NCBI RefSeq assembly: GCF_964194025.1
Contig: NW_027452515.1
Coordinates: forward strand, 1-64,000
From: Convolutriloba macropyga
Taxonomy: Eukaryota
Reading direction: 5' to 3'
Length of the DNA stretch: 64,000 nt
This document shows, piece after piece, positions 1 to 12,922 of this stretch. The notes under the pieces are model-generated. The model saw only the letters and a list, made by a program, of their open reading frames with translations, was not told where the DNA came from and did not search any database. The translations under genes were made by a program, and so were the position numbers. Numbering within the stretch: position 1 is the stretch's first letter; the number at the start of each line of letters is the position of its first letter.

Positions 1-1259
1 AAACAGAACTATCATAATTATAGACAATTCAAAAATTAAATAATTAGGAAGAAGTTTGGAATTTCATATAGTTACCACGGTAGCTCAGAACTATGCTCAT
101 AACTGTTTTTTTCAATAATCTAAAGTGCGTTAATTTTGTTCAAAAAATCATACAATGAATCTTGTTTTAAATTTTAGGCTTGTTTTAAATTTCAGGTAGC
201 AAAATTCTAGTCTTATATCCCTGTAACGAATATTTGCCGAAGTGAGCTGAACTTAAAGAGCGCCTTCTTAACCGTCGGAAACAACAGTTTTTAGACGTTA
301 ATTTTTCACAGCTTCCAAAACTGAACTCGATCTGGAAACACGATTTTGTCTATTTGAACTGGTTGATATTATACGTCAACATAACTGCCTTTGGTCGCTC
401 GTAAAAAAGGAAGAATGGAAAAATCGGTTGGAAAATTTGAAGCAGTTTTTAGTTTTCACTTTGGGTGTTTCAGCTTCTGTCTTTGCTAAGAAACACAATC
501 AAGTGTTCCTCGTGATCAAAGTGGTCAACAGAGAACAGTGTCCAACGTCAACGTGCTCAAAGTGCTGTTAGTTCAATTAAACATTGCGTCTATTCTCCAT
601 ACCCCGTTAAGTGACCAATTTCCAAAAAAAAATTGAGCATACATACTCGATTTTGTTCCCGGACCCTCGTCCCATTGTATGTCAGTACTGAAACATTGTT
701 TTCCAAATGTATATCGTCAACTGTATCAGTGTATCCTAAGAGTACATTGCTACCTCATTATGTGCAGTCTATTCGCATATATACTTTTTTCTGAAAATAG
801 ACTGGTTTTGATTTCCATGATGTTCTTGGTTTTGATTCCCATGATGTTCATAGCAAAATGAAGAAAAATTGTGAGCCTTTCGAAAAAAATTAAATTCTGC
901 TCGATCGGCGTCGGTTCTTTCCACGACCCAAGTTTTAAGATTAGAGTTGTAAGAGTAAGTGAAATGAGTGACACTATACGTGCTGTCACCTTTTGCAAAG
1001 CGTATTTTTGGGGCTAGAGTGAAAACTTAGGACAATCTTTTGTCACTGATTCCCACATCATTAATGCCTAGTTCCCACACTTTCACACTTTAAGTAACTA
1101 ATTTCCACGTGACCATATTCCATTGTATCTATCTCTCGACGCTCCTCAGGCCGATAATCTCCATAATTCCGCATAACGCTTTTAAATTAAGATAATTAGA
1201 CTACAAATAATTGAAATTCTGTACCAAAAATTTCACTGTGTCTAAATACAAATTTCTGA

Positions 1260-1393
1260 TTCACCGCTAAAAATCGCTAAAAGATGTAAGATTTGCGGTG
1301 AATTTGTATAAAAAGTGTAAGATTTGCGCCCAATGCGATGAATGCGGTGAGAAAAAAAAACTTTTAGCGGTGAAAATTCACAGCTAATCTTAC
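1260..1393. repeat. Small imperfect fold-back repeat cluster (MITE-like)
   Basis: ttcaccgctaaaa (~1260) is the reverse complement of ttttagcggtgaa (~1362-1374); tgtaagatttgcggtgaattt pairs imperfectly with aaattcacagctaatcttaca. Confidence 0.45.
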
Positions 1394-1400
1394 AAAGTTT

Positions 1401-1532
1401 ATAGCTGTAAAAAATGCAATATATGCATAATAAGCTACCGTTTGTCGAGTTAACAGTCTGTATTAATCAGTACAGACAGTTATCTCGACAAACGGTAGCT
1501 TATTATGCATATATTGCATTTTTTACAGCTAT
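1401..1532. mobile_element. Near-perfect 132-bp palindrome, probable MITE (possible TA target site)
   Basis: 1401-1449 is the exact reverse complement of 1484-1532 (49 bp); the inner stem continues with 2 mismatches around an 8-nt loop; the ends read TA-GCTG...CAGC-TA. Confidence 0.7.
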
Positions 1533-1971
1533 TCCAATGGTGAAACTTTTTTCTTAACTTTTGCATAATCTCATTTCTGTCATTTCGATATTTGATTTCT
1601 TGCTGACATAAACGCGATTGTTAGTGAGAAAGTACTACATTGAGTAAAACTTTTTGGCATGGTTTAAGACTGTCTGCTGCGAGGTCCAGGAATCGAATTC
1701 CTCTGTTGTCTGTTTTTTGATGACCAAAATATCTGAACTACACTCTAACTAAATAAAATTGCCCTGTTTCCCGATTTTTAGCAAGTCAGACGATGTCAAC
1801 TTATGTTCTGGTAATTATACTCATAAAAAATTTGTTTCGATTGTACACCATTGGTATACAATAGAGCATAACTCAGATATATTGACTGTATCTAAAATTT
1901 TGGAAAATTAATTTTTTTCGACAATTGAAGGGTATGCGCATAAAAAGTGACAAACGCGGCACCTCTTTTAG

Positions 1972-1996
1972 CTCTTACTACCACGTCTGTCAAACA
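1972..1996 (+). CDS. 25-bp micro-exon of FN3-like host gene (xLTTTSVK+ca; phase 1 to 2)
   Basis: ctcttttag acceptor and gtaagt donor; its phase-2 end joins in frame to the exon at 5979. Confidence 0.5.
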
Positions 1997-2934
1997 GTAA
2001 GTAACATGACCTTTTCTGTTGTCTATTTCTATCTGTATTAATGCGGACCAAAACTTCACTGGATGTGAGCCAGAATTTTGAAAGAGTTCTGCTGAAAATA
2101 AAGAGACAATGTAAGAAATATGCTGAACTTGCTAAAAAAAGTTTTCCCGAGTCCGGAAATCGTTGTCACTAAACATTAAAAATATGTTGGATCTAAAGTA
2201 AGTCCGTATAATTTGTTTTCAATGAAGGAAAACATCCCGATGTTCGGTTTTAAGCGTAGAAAAACATCAGTAAGTTCAATTTTAAACGCAACAAACTGTC
2301 GCTATGTCTAGAATTAAACGTAAGAAGTCGTCGTTATGAGATGGAATTATTTTAAATGTGTGTCTTTTTACGAAACGGAGGAGTATCGAGATTCTACAGG
2401 TTTTTACGACTTGAAGAGGATAGTATTGAATTTCTACAGGTTTTTTTTAGCTGACGCAAGTTTGTTCATGACTTGTACTTTTGACATTTGTTTTCAAACA
2501 TTGATTTCGGATTTAGTACGTTGATATTTGTTTTCGAGCATTGGACTTTAACAGTAGCTTAGTTTGATGTATAGTAATTAGGAACTGCTGGTAGTATTCA
2601 AGGTCATTGGGTATTTTTGATCTCATATAAGTCACTCCCGACTATATAACCTACTTCCCTTCACGCCTCCCACCATCACCCATTTTGATCAATGAGCCCA
2701 ATTTCTGTTGTAAATAATTGAAAAGGCCTTATTCACGAGTTCTCAGCATGAGAATAAAGAGTGTTATTGCTTTGTTGTTATGCTATTTGTAAGTTTGTTA
2801 GGCAAGAAAATCTCAGATTGTTGAGAACCAAAAACGCTTGGCGCAAATTTTTGAAAATAAAATGAGTGCGCAGCAAGCTTCTTGCTCTTAAATGACAAAA
2901 AGCAGTTTCTTGGCAAAAAAATTGACAAAAGAGC

Positions 2935-3092
2935 GGATCTATTCTGTTTCAGCCGCCCAGCTTAGTAGGAATATATGTTTTATGATCCCCAGGCACATGT
3001 GCATTATTTTTACATAGTAGCGTGCTATATAACAACACATAGTTTGTAAGTGGGGGTCATAAAAAACACTGAGGGGGGGGGCAGAATATATC
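2935..3092 (-). mobile_element. MITE family A, copy 1 (GGATCT termini, G/C runs, approx. 8-bp TSD)
   Basis: Reverse-oriented homologue of 4517-4691 and 31767-31953; flanks aaaagagc / aaaggacc match 6/8. Confidence 0.7.
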
Positions 3093-4516
3093 AAAGGACC
3101 GTCAAAATGAAGGAAAAATAGTACAATAAAAAATGATGAACAACTTAACTGAAGAGCACAACGGTGATCTTTAAGTTTTTTTATTCGAGACGATTGTAAC
3201 CCAAGCTTTTGCATTATTATGCTCAAGTTTTCCTTTTTTAAAACCTTAAAAAAACAATTTGTAAAAGGTGCATCTTTCACTTTCTACAAAGATCTCGAAT
3301 AATCAAACAACTAGAAACTTTTAATCATCAAAATTTTTCAAAAAATTATTGAACGCTAAATTACCATATTTTATTAAAATTAAATTAAAAAAAAACGTTA
3401 TACAATATAATGCCCCTGCATATAAATGGAAAATTGTCATTGAGAACATATATGATAGTAGGTGACAGTTTAGACAGCATAGAGTCGACTTTTTGCAAAT
3501 GGTTACGACAAGGCAAACAAGCCTTAATACATACCCTGGAATGCAAAACATCTTTATGATGTTTTTTATGGTCCTTTTTTTATAAAACCGGCTGAGTTAT
3601 ACATAATACACATCTATTTGTTTACACAGACGTATGCAGACTATAACTCTCTTCACAGATTATTCTGGGGTACACAGATTATTCCCATCAGCCACTTGGT
3701 TTGATTGAATTTGACAACCCTCTCAGTTAAATGCGGATCATTGCCTTGTCAGAAATCTAAATATTAATACGATCAGGGTTAGAGAAAAGCTATAGCAGTT
3801 TACAGACTATTATGGTTGAAAGATTTTTTGAAAATTTTACAGGATTATCTACCAAATCTAAGACGAGAATCTACCAAATCTGAGATTTTTATTGTACGAA
3901 TTTGTGATCAGGCATTTTTTTTCAAATAGAATGATTATGTTGCAAAGTTCTTTCGCATTGGCCTGCTGTCCTTAACGTTGTGTTTTGATCGTTTTCTTGA
4001 AGACTTAAACAAATCGGACAAATATCTTGCAAAACTTATGCAGTTCAGAAATATATCTAGCCAAGTATTTTTTGCACATCTCTTATTTTGTCAGATTTTT
4101 GTTGCAATCTTACCGTTATCTTGGTTGACTCTTTCAAATAGGATGGTTTGTAATCAAAACCAAATTTTAAGCCTTAAAATTTCAAAGATATGTAACATAG
4201 CGTTTTTACGGTACTCTTACATAATTAGGCGTTCATTTTAGCATTGATCCAACAGAGCTTAACGCTTCATAGCTTCGTTTTAGCTCCACATCTGGTTTAA
4301 AAAGATCTAAGTTTTTAAAATATGGCGTAATGGTACTACTTGACTCGAGTAAGTTTTTACTTTCAACAGTTTCAACGCGTTCACCCAAAAACTATGTCTC
4401 TGGCATCTCAGAAAAACTTACACGTGTCACTGTTTCCCGCGTCACAAGCTGAAGATTTTTATAGTTAGGTAAAAATGAAAGGACACCCAATTGATATACA
4501 ATTGCGTAAATGAACC

Positions 4517-4691
4517 GGATCTTTTCTGTTTTGCCCCCCCCAGTGTTTTTTATGACCCCCAGTTACAATTTCTATGTTGTTATATAGCAAGTTACTATGT
4601 AAGAAAATAGCACGTGCGCCTGGGGTTCATAAAAAATATATGCTCACTAAGCTGGGGGGGGGGGGGGGGGGGGGTGCAAAACAATAGATCC
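4517..4691 (+). mobile_element. MITE family A, copy 2
   Basis: ggatct...agatcc terminal inverted repeats plus an internal inverted pair ttttatgacccccag / ctggggttcataaaa; homologous to 31767-31953. Confidence 0.75.
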
Positions 4692-4874
4692 AATGAGGTT
4701 ACTGAATGCTGCGTAAAAGATTAATATCTGATTAGCATTTAATTTTACATATGGTCATGGGAATCCTTGGCATCTTAAGTATGTAATAATGATTTAGCAA
4801 AAGCAAATTTTAGACTAAATGGACGCTTTTGCGGCGCAGAAAACAATGAAACTTAATGATCTAACTGTTCTTAG

Positions 4875-5490
4875 AAGAAGTTTGCAGCAAGTTTATTTGT
4901 CCTGTTGTCCTTTTTAAGAAATATTTCTTCTAACCAATTTTTCTTCAACATTTGGATAAACAGGTAAAGTTTGGAGGGCATTAGCTTGCTGAGCAGCTCT
5001 TTTAGAGCATTACTACTTACCAGTCTCTAAGTATATGATTCGGTGGCGGTCAAGCAAGCCGATAGGCAAGCAAGCCGAATTTTGAAAATGAGGTCAAGTA
5101 AGCCGAAAAATTTTCGGATACCCGTATTTTAAGTTGCCCCTGGCGGTCTGGTGGGCGCGCTTCGCACGCGTCGCGGCTTTGCCGCGATAACCGGCCCGCT
5201 ATTTCCGGATTACATCCCACAGCAGCTGAGAGGCATGGCCATGGACAGCGGTCTGCTGAGGCCCGTACCCACTAGATGTCTAAAAATTGACGCATTTTTG
5301 TTTCTTTGGTGCATTGGAATACATTATGCACTATAATACTACTCGCAGTATTGATTGTAACAGCTAACAATGTATTATTTCTGATGGATTACATAAGTAT
5401 TACATGACTTTCGGCTTGCTTTTCTGTCGGCTTGCTTGCCTATCGGCTTACTTTGCACTCGCCATATGATTCACAAAATTTTTTTCAGGA
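4875..5490 (+). repeat. Dispersed ~200-bp repeat family B (related copies ~26578-26770, ~32740-32895, ~34275-34410, ~36800-36910); this copy is interrupted by a MITE
   Basis: Shared motifs aagttt(g/t)(c/t)agcaa...gtcctgt...gataaacaggta...gcatta...gctgagcag in each copy. Confidence 0.6.
5041..5463. mobile_element. Non-autonomous DNA transposon (MITE) with perfect 8-bp TSD ATATGATT
   Basis: atatgatt at 5033-5040 and 5464-5471; TIRs built of aagcaagccgataggcaagcaagccga and its reverse complement; 8-bp TSDs are typical of hAT and Merlin. Confidence 0.8.
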
Positions 5491-5978
5491 GATATAAATT
5501 CATGTTAAGATGAGGGATTCTGAATCTCCGCTCTCAACTCCTGCTCCACTCAACGGCACTCTCCCACCCGCCCTTCTCCCCTTGCCCCTTGTCACTCCCC
5601 CCCCCCCACTCAACTCCCCTTCCCATGATATCATCCCTAAGCGCCAACTGGCTACCAAAGAAGCCGATCACTCGCCGGTCATTTGAGAGCCGTTCACCCG
5701 ATGTTAATCGGTTATGTTTCTTATTTTATTTGAAAGATCTTTTTTTGCGGAAAATGAGAAACATGCGCGGAAAACTCTAACTATTGAACGATTTACTACC
5801 ACTTATCCTACATTTGTCTGCAATAATTCCTCGGCCCAGTTTTTAAAATTCTTGCAAACTTGACTGCACTTTTGAGAGATTGGACAAGATGCTTTGTATT
5901 TTTTGCAAAGATCTTTGTAAGATCTTAGAGGATAGTTTTCAGTGTATGACTATTAGGATATGATTAATTCTGCTCCAG

Positions 5979-6136
5979 TGGCTCAACTGTCACTGAGACT
6001 ACAAAAGTGGGTGTGGGTTTGAATGACTTGTGTATGGGTGAGGTATATCAGCTGCAGTTCACTCGATTTCTGGCTGGACAGCAGAGTGACAATATCCCAA
6101 CAAGCTACTTCTTCTGCGCACCTTCCGATAAACCTG
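5979..6136 (+). CDS. Exon of FN3-like host gene (GSTVTETTKVGVGLNDLCMGEVYQLQFTRFLAGQQSDNIPTSYFFCAPSDKP; phase 2 to 1)
   Basis: ttctgctccag acceptor, g|gttaca donor, open frame; L-x-D-L-x-x-G-x-x-Y resembles the FN3 E-F strand tyrosine-corner motif. Confidence 0.6.
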
Positions 6137-6338
6137 GTTACAGAAATGAGCTGAATTGCTCTGAACTTTTAAAGGAAATTTGTTGAAAGTGCATTTAGCA
6201 AAAATTGGGTTTTTGTTTTAAAATTTTGCATGCTTCCGAGAAAAAATAGCCCGCCATTAACTTGTGATCGTTATTTGGGATGTGCGTGTGGGGGGGGGGG
6301 CAAAGATCAAGCAGGATTAACTCCGATGAAGATTTCAG

Positions 6339-6506
6339 GTCAATTGCCATATGGGAAGTTAGAGTTCATCACAGCAGGAACAGATCGGTGTGATGTGGTC
6401 ACTTTGTTTGTATCGCGAGGAAGTTTGATGTTCCTCGAAAATGAGAAGTTGGATTACTCTCTGAGTTGTGCTCATTGCGGAACAGCAGAAACAAAGCATG
6501 TCACAA
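6339..6506 (+). CDS. Exon of FN3-like host gene (GQLPYGKLEFITAGTDRCDVVTLFVSRGSLMFLENEKLDYSLSCAHCGTAETKHVT; phase 1 to 1)
   Basis: atttcag acceptor, a|gtgatt donor; lies in ORF 6230-6544; phase compatible with both flanking exons. Confidence 0.55.
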
Positions 6507-7759
6507 GTGATTATTTTGCTCTCTCTATCCCAAAAGGCTCTTGAGTTTTTCATAGTTCATGAAAGAGTATTTGAAGGAGTAATACTTGATAGATATTAAG
6601 TTAATATTATTCATAGCCGCCGTCAACCTCTCAAAAGCTATTATTTAGGCACCCTCCTTTTTTAAAAAATAATCCAACGGGTTCGGATGTTATTGGTGCG
6701 CTGTTTTTTTGATAGCCGCGAATAGCTGGGGTTATTATTGGCCTTGTCTTGTTTTTTTTGCAGTTCAAAGAATTTGAACTGTATTATGGGGCGCTGTCTT
6801 TGTACGACTCGAAAAACAAGTGTTTAGGTCAAATGGCCGAATGAATTAAAGAGCCGCAAGAATAGAGTGATTTTCTGTTCACGAGAAAATTAGGTGTGAA
6901 AAAATTTTCGAAACATTTTGATCACGTGCGGCTTTTTCGAAGAAGTTTTTTAGTTTTTAATTAAAATTTTCGGGCGATATGAAATTCTAAACCCTAATAA
7001 CAAGTATCTGTACGTTTTTGACCACTTCAATCTTTTATTAAAGTTTTAAACTCAATACTGAGATATTTTTGAGACGCTTCCATAGCGGTTCTTAGACTCT
7101 ATTTTTTGTTTTTTTTTGTCGAGAGTTATTGTTTTGGTTTGTATGTTGAGTTGTGTGACTGTTTGGTTTCGTTAAAATTAATTTTAGTTTGTTTTAATTA
7201 TGGAAAATGGGCTAAGTTTAAACATTTTTGTTTCCTCAATTCTCTGTTCATTCTTCTTTTCTCAGAATTTGCTATTTTAAGTCTTTTAATTAGAGGTTTT
7301 GTTATTTGTATTGTCACTTAATCAGTACAATAAAAGATTTGAGAGCACACATTATCACAAATCAAATTATTCAACTAGGCAGTTTTTGGCAGTTTTGCCC
7401 TCTTTGTCATGTTTTACGAGTTTTCCAACGCATTTGGCTGTCATCTGGATGCTCAATGATTCAACAGTAGATTTTTGCAAAGATGTGTTTTGAACAGTTG
7501 TTAGGAAAATACAGTTCTTGGAGAAAAATAAAATAACGATTTTTAAAATATTTTTCTCTAATTCTTTTCACTTTGCTCGCTTTTTCACTTTATTTGACAC
7601 GTCTTGCTTTTTTTTAATTTTCCCATCACTTGACGAGCACAATAAATAATACCTGAGAATTTGTGATTTACAATAGTGTCGGCTAGGATGGAAGTTAAAT
7701 TTTACTTCGTTTCAATTTCGGAGTCTCCTCGCTGCTTTTTTTTAAATATCTGTTCATAC

Positions 7760-8060
7760 ACTTTGACAATTTTTGAAGTCAATTTGGTGTAGAGCAAAAA
7801 GCGAGTGGTTTTGCGGTGTATGAAAAACAATTCGTTTTTTCGCTATTGGTTTTGTGTTCAACTTCGGCATATTGACATTGATTTTCACTGTTTTTCCTTT
7901 TTTGTGGATAGGATTTTTTCTAAATGTTTTTTTTCTGATCCACCAATGGTTCATTCTGGGTCTAATTTTTCTGTTTAGTCTTTGAAAATTTTTTAAATTG
8001 TGCATCAATTCTTGTCCTACTATGTTTTTTATTTCGTTGTCAATATTTTTGTTACGTCCA
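7760..8060 (+). repeat. Dispersed old repeat family C (related copies ~34835-35285, ~35815-36110)
   Basis: Collinear shared blocks gtggttttgcggtgt, acattgatttt, ggattttttctaaatgtttt, cttgtc..ctatgtt..tttatttcgt. Confidence 0.55.
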
Positions 8061-9147
8061 TGACATCACAATTACTTCAAATCTGCTTTTGTTCATTCGT
8101 TCAAGCAATTTCAACTGAATGGCGTGCTTGACGTCACTTTTCAACCTTATTGGAGAGCATTTTCTGTTCATCTGCGTGAGCGCTACCACTATTCGTACCA
8201 GAGCAGTTCTTCCGACTTTAGTCGGCTTTGTTTATTTTATTTATTCACAACTGAGCCCCGGCCCAATGATCTAGTCGCAAAATTTACTAGATGTACTTTT
8301 ATACTCTCTAACCTATCTCAGATGATACCATGCTAAAAATAGAAAGGCGTTCTGCTCTGTTAATATGAAAATTACATTGATTAAAATAACGGGTACTTGT
8401 CACATTGCGATTTTATCTTGATACTGGCTATTTTCGAGAGCGTTTCATTCATTAATAACAACATTAATAAATTGTATTCAAGTAAGTTGACATTGCTGTA
8501 TAAATCAAGCTGTAGAAGCCACTTACTCGATAGATCACCAAAAGATCCAATGGTCCTAGTCAGGTGATGCCGGTAGCAGTACTAAGAAACTTTACAAAAA
8601 GGAAGATGCTCAAGGTGCAGGGGATTAAAAAAAACGGTCAGCTTAATACATTGACTAAACTAATTGTTCGTTTTTGCTAATGTAGTTTTCTCTAAAACTA
8701 TATTGATAATGTTTCAACTCGTTTTTACTCAAAATTTGTACTTCTCATATAGAGGGGGTAAAATGTCCAGATAAAGTTCAACATTTTTCTTATTCTTACT
8801 CCTAGTCGTTTAGGGCTACATCCACTAACAATGTTGGTGCTTTTCATCCGCCGGTTTTGTTTTTTTTTCGGCGTTTTTTAATCAGAATTGATCATTCCTT
8901 AATCGATTTTAGAGGTTGAAGATTTCAAAGTTTGATGAAAGGTCAACTATATCGAGCTTTTATATCAATGATCTGTGGTTTCCAAAATTTTTCAACAAAA
9001 GGGTATCGTCTTTTATAACGATATTTAAAGACATGAGCTCTGACTTATCTACTAGACAAAACATTTATTCGGGGAGGGAGGGGGATTGTTAGAAGAGATG
9101 GAAAATTCCGTAAATGATTTTTTAGTAGTATTCATTGATTATTTTAG

Positions 9148-9198
9148 TAACAACAGAGGACAGCAATAAAGAACAACTGGCTCTGGTGAAAGACCTAT
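9148..9198 (+). CDS. 51-bp exon of FN3-like host gene (ITTEDSNKEQLALVKDL; phase 1 to 1)
   Basis: attattttag acceptor, t|gtaagt donor, open frame in the expected phase. Confidence 0.6.
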
Positions 9199-9939
9199 GT
9201 AAGTCGTTACTCAACGTAATTTGTGGTTAGAAGCAGCCTTCAGCCGAAAGAAAAAAAAATTATCATTGTTCTTTAAGTCGCTAGCACCAAATTTTTGTTA
9301 TGACAGATTGATAAATAAACTATAGCTTCAAATTAGCTGTCAAAACCAGCTTAGTATAGTCTGTCCTATATAGTCGAAACAAATCATTTGAAAAACGCTA
9401 AAGCATGCAATTGAGTAGGCAAATGAGCAATGTTTGAAATGTCGATTAGGTCAACTTATAAGAAATGTTTTTTGAAATTTGTGGGCAACGCTATGCATAA
9501 AAATAGAAAAACTGGCAATTCTTCAGTAATAACAGCACCAAAAAATAATAACCACAGGAACACTACGCTGCTCTCAAATGTTGATACAATATCATATAAT
9601 ATGATAAGTTAATAACATATCATTACAAACAAAAGGAACCTAATTAAAGCATGCATATATCAGCATTTTGTTGTTCATTTGCATGTCTAGAGTTTTTGAA
9701 TGTTCGCTTAAGTTGTGATTTTATGAGATTACCTATTTAAATGGTCCAATAAATTTTCAACGCGAGCGAACTTTCGAAAACCGCCAGACAGGCACTTTAA
9801 CAGTAAAAATACCGATATCTGAATGTTTATATATAAATTTTGACCTTTGAAACAATAGGCTGTTGAATAGTACGCTTGTGAGAAATTCTCGCTTTGTCTG
9901 TGCAGTGAGAAAGAATGAGTCGCTTCTCTAAGTAGGTGG

Positions 9940-10020
9940 AAAAAAATTTACTCTCTAATCTGGGATCAAACCCATCCTAGAATGAGGTGCGGGAACCAAG
10001 CCAGCTCTGACCAGGCCACC
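9940..10020 (-). mobile_element. Possible tRNA-derived SINE head remnant
   Basis: Minus strand reads ggtggcctggtcag (A-box-like) ... gggtttgatccc (B-box-like) followed by a T run; does not fold as an intact tRNA. Confidence 0.3.
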
Positions 10021-10128
10021 TAGGGTCGCGCACGGGGGGGGGGGGGGTTCCCATCCAGGGGTCCCATCCTGATCAAGGCCCCATCCAGAGTCTGCGCGGT
10101 CTGATCTGCTCACTACCTAACGTCTGGA

Positions 10129-10281
10129 AGTATACACCACCTGACATCATTTTGACACAAAAGTTTTGGTGCTCGACATGCTTAATATTAAATTGTTTCC
10201 TTTAACACCAGGAAACAATTTAAGATTAAGCAAGTCGAGCACTCAAATTTTGTGTCAAAAAGATGTCAGGTGGTGTATGCT
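10129..10281. mobile_element. Fold-back palindromic MITE-like element (~70-bp arms)
   Basis: atacaccacctgacatc...ttaaattgtttcct pairs with aggaaacaatttaa...gatgtcaggtggtgtat around a short loop, with few mismatches. Confidence 0.7.
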
Positions 10282-11701
10282 CGACTTGCTTAAGTCAATC
10301 CATAATGTGAAGAAGTGCTCCACGAATAACTGAAATGGTCAACAGGGCTCTTCTTGTAGCAGATGTAGCAAAAAAGCAAATGTCCTTCCCGAAGCAAACA
10401 TGATTCAAGTGGAAAATATACTCACCTTTCTATTGGTTTTTAGTTAAACCGAATGCAACTGAATAGGCTTATTAGTGCATTTTAACATAATAGAGAAACT
10501 AGAGGTGACACCAGCCAATATCTGAACTCAAACATTTACTGCTAAATTGCATTTTGTGAAAAAATTGATTTTCATGAAAAATTTTTCTAACAAAGATGTG
10601 TATATTATAGCGGACATTTTCTGTCGTTTTCAGGACAAAAAAGTACAAAATAATAATCATATTTGTTGACAAGTCTCAGTGTCTTATAATTTCATTGATC
10701 AGCGTTGATTCTATCTGTATAGTGGTAGCAAGAGCAGTCATATTTGTGTTATATTTGCCCTTCAATTGAATAGTCTCTTTTTCCTTGGCTGTTTTTCTTA
10801 CTTAGAAAACAGGTTCAGCAAGCTCTCTGACTTTTTTAATCTGAGGAACAAATTTAGAGTGTTTCAAAACTTCAAATTATACTATTTTTCGTCAAATTTG
10901 CTCTCTTTTTTAACAATCTATGTATAAAATTTTATTTTTGCAGACGCTTTAATAAAAAAACAGTTATACAGAGAACAGTAATCAGGAATTCTCATTTTTA
11001 ATTTCTCATTTTCTTAAAATTTTATCTGAATCTAATACACCTGCTACGATGATGTAGTTAGGGTAAAATTTTTGCAGTTTTTCGAATCTCCATTTTATTA
11101 ATGACCCTTCCAACCTGTGTGCTATTTGTAGAATTTTTTGAGCTTTTTCGTTGCGTTTTTTAGTCATTGCTATGAAACGAGCTTGAATCATTTTTTGTAC
11201 TTAGCGTTTGTTTTTATTTTTGAATAATTGCTTTGGCTTTTTGAGTGACTTTAACGTCCATGAATCTTAAAAAGTTTTGTAGTCTAAGTTGAACTCAATA
11301 GTCAAACAGTTTACTAAGTGAGCTAAATCTGTTCTAATTTTTTTTTTCATTTTTTTTCATTTTATCACTTCAACTCTTTATAATTTATACAATCTCTAAT
11401 GAGATTATTTTGAGAAGGCCCTCGCTGGAATCATTTAGAGAACGCTTGCCTTGGACAAGGACTTCATTTCTTGGCTATCGTATTCTAGATGCTCTTTCTT
11501 TTAAGCTTTTCATGAGGTCACTACATTAATTTTGGTCGTATTGTTATTCTTCAAAATTTTGGTTGTTTCTAGATTTCTTGTTGCATTGACACAGAAAATT
11601 TTTTATTGAAAGATCACTCATAACTTCATCATGATTAAAAAATTACTGCTTCTGGTCAAGACAGGAAACAAAACAATTATAGCATCTAAGAATTGGGACG
11701 T

Positions 11702-12135
11702 TGTTAGTAACTAAATAGATGTAAGCGAGAGTTTATTAGCCAATCAGAATCGAGTATTTAAATAAGCACTCGATTTGAATAAAATAAGTTCCAAATTACG
11801 TATAATGTTCGGAAAAAGTTCGTGTAACCTAATTTTAAGTAAACATAACTACGATATGTACGGATTAAGGTGGTTTTCGGCTTAATATTTTTAGGTTCTT
11901 TAGACGGTTGTTGATCGATTAGGAACGATTCTGAGGTCAATAATATCAGACAAAAAACCAGTAAAAGAGCATCAAAAAAACCTTGCCGTCTAAACTCTCA
12001 CTTGTTGCTATCAGCAAAACTAATACGTTGTCTGGATTTACTTTGTCGTTGTAACACGTTGTTTCTATGTACGCACTAAAGCTTATACACGTTTGAATAA
12101 TTTGAAACTTCGAAAGTATGATTTTGTCAGCTTTA
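11702..12135 (+). repeat. 5' LTR of BEL element 1 (434 bp), with CCAAT box agccaatcag and TATA-like motif
   Basis: Direct repeat of 21524-21958 with ~13 substitutions and 1 indel by eye; starts TG. Confidence 0.93.
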
Positions 12136-12138
12136 TAT

Positions 12139-12146
12139 TGGTGCCG
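12139..12146 (+). promoter_or_regulatory. Primer-binding site TGGTGCCG (tRNA-His/Phe-type 3' end)
   Basis: 3 nt after the 5' LTR; complementary to ...CGGCACCA; only 8 nt match, so the tRNA identity is uncertain. Confidence 0.6.
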
Positions 12147-12735
12147 CTACGGTATCCAGGGAAAAAGTTTTTCCAACTAATTTAGATGCTCTGTTAACTA
12201 GATGCTCCGTTAACCAGATGCTCTGGGATAATCAACCCAGCACAATTCCCGGCAGTTAATTACTTTTAATTTATTTATACGCACTACTTACTCCGCAGTC
12301 GAATGATTTAACTGATTTCTACCTTCAGTTGATTTATACTGAAACAAGTCCAACAAAATACTGTATATATGGACGTCGACATACCTCAGTGGAGCAATGG
12401 ACTTCAACGAGGGAAAACCAATCTGACAAATTACAACGAAGGCGGACTTGAACAAATGAGGCCCAGTCAGATTAACTGTTGGGCACTGATGCAAAAATAA
12501 AGTTCAAAACGGGTGAGAAGCAGTGCGTTCATCTAGTTGAAGTCTCATAAATGCTCACTACACAGAGTTAGAGTTGAGAAAATACCAGAAACTGTAAGAC
12601 AGAACAGAACTTTTACACATTTTTTGCAGTAAATTAAAATTTTCAATTTAGACGGAAACTCCAACCCCTAATTTTTCTAACTCTTCAATCAAATATATTG
12701 GGTTATCAAAAAAATTAACGGTATCAGATCAAAAA

Positions 12736-12922
12736 TTAAGAACTCCGTGATTTTCAAAACGGAAAATTTAAAATAAGAATTCCGTGATTTTCAACACGGA
12801 AATCTTAAATTAAGAATTCCGGGATTTTCAACACGGAAATCTTAAGAATTCCGTGATTTTCAACACGGAAATCTTAAATTAGGAATTCGGCGATTTTCAA
12901 CATCGAAATCTTAAGAATTCCG
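12736..12922 (+). repeat. Tandem array of ~5.5 hairpin units (32-37 bp) in the BEL 1 leader
   Basis: Unit aagaattccgtg-attttcaa-cacggaaatctt(aaatt): 12-bp stem with 1 mismatch and an 8-nt loop. Confidence 0.9.

Noticed and set aside
10427-10460. Minus-strand micro-exon with a gtgagt donor
   Set aside because: Stops in all three frames.
10800-11640. Decayed coding-like stretch on the minus strand
   Set aside because: Possibly an old TE ORF, but no recognisable domain.
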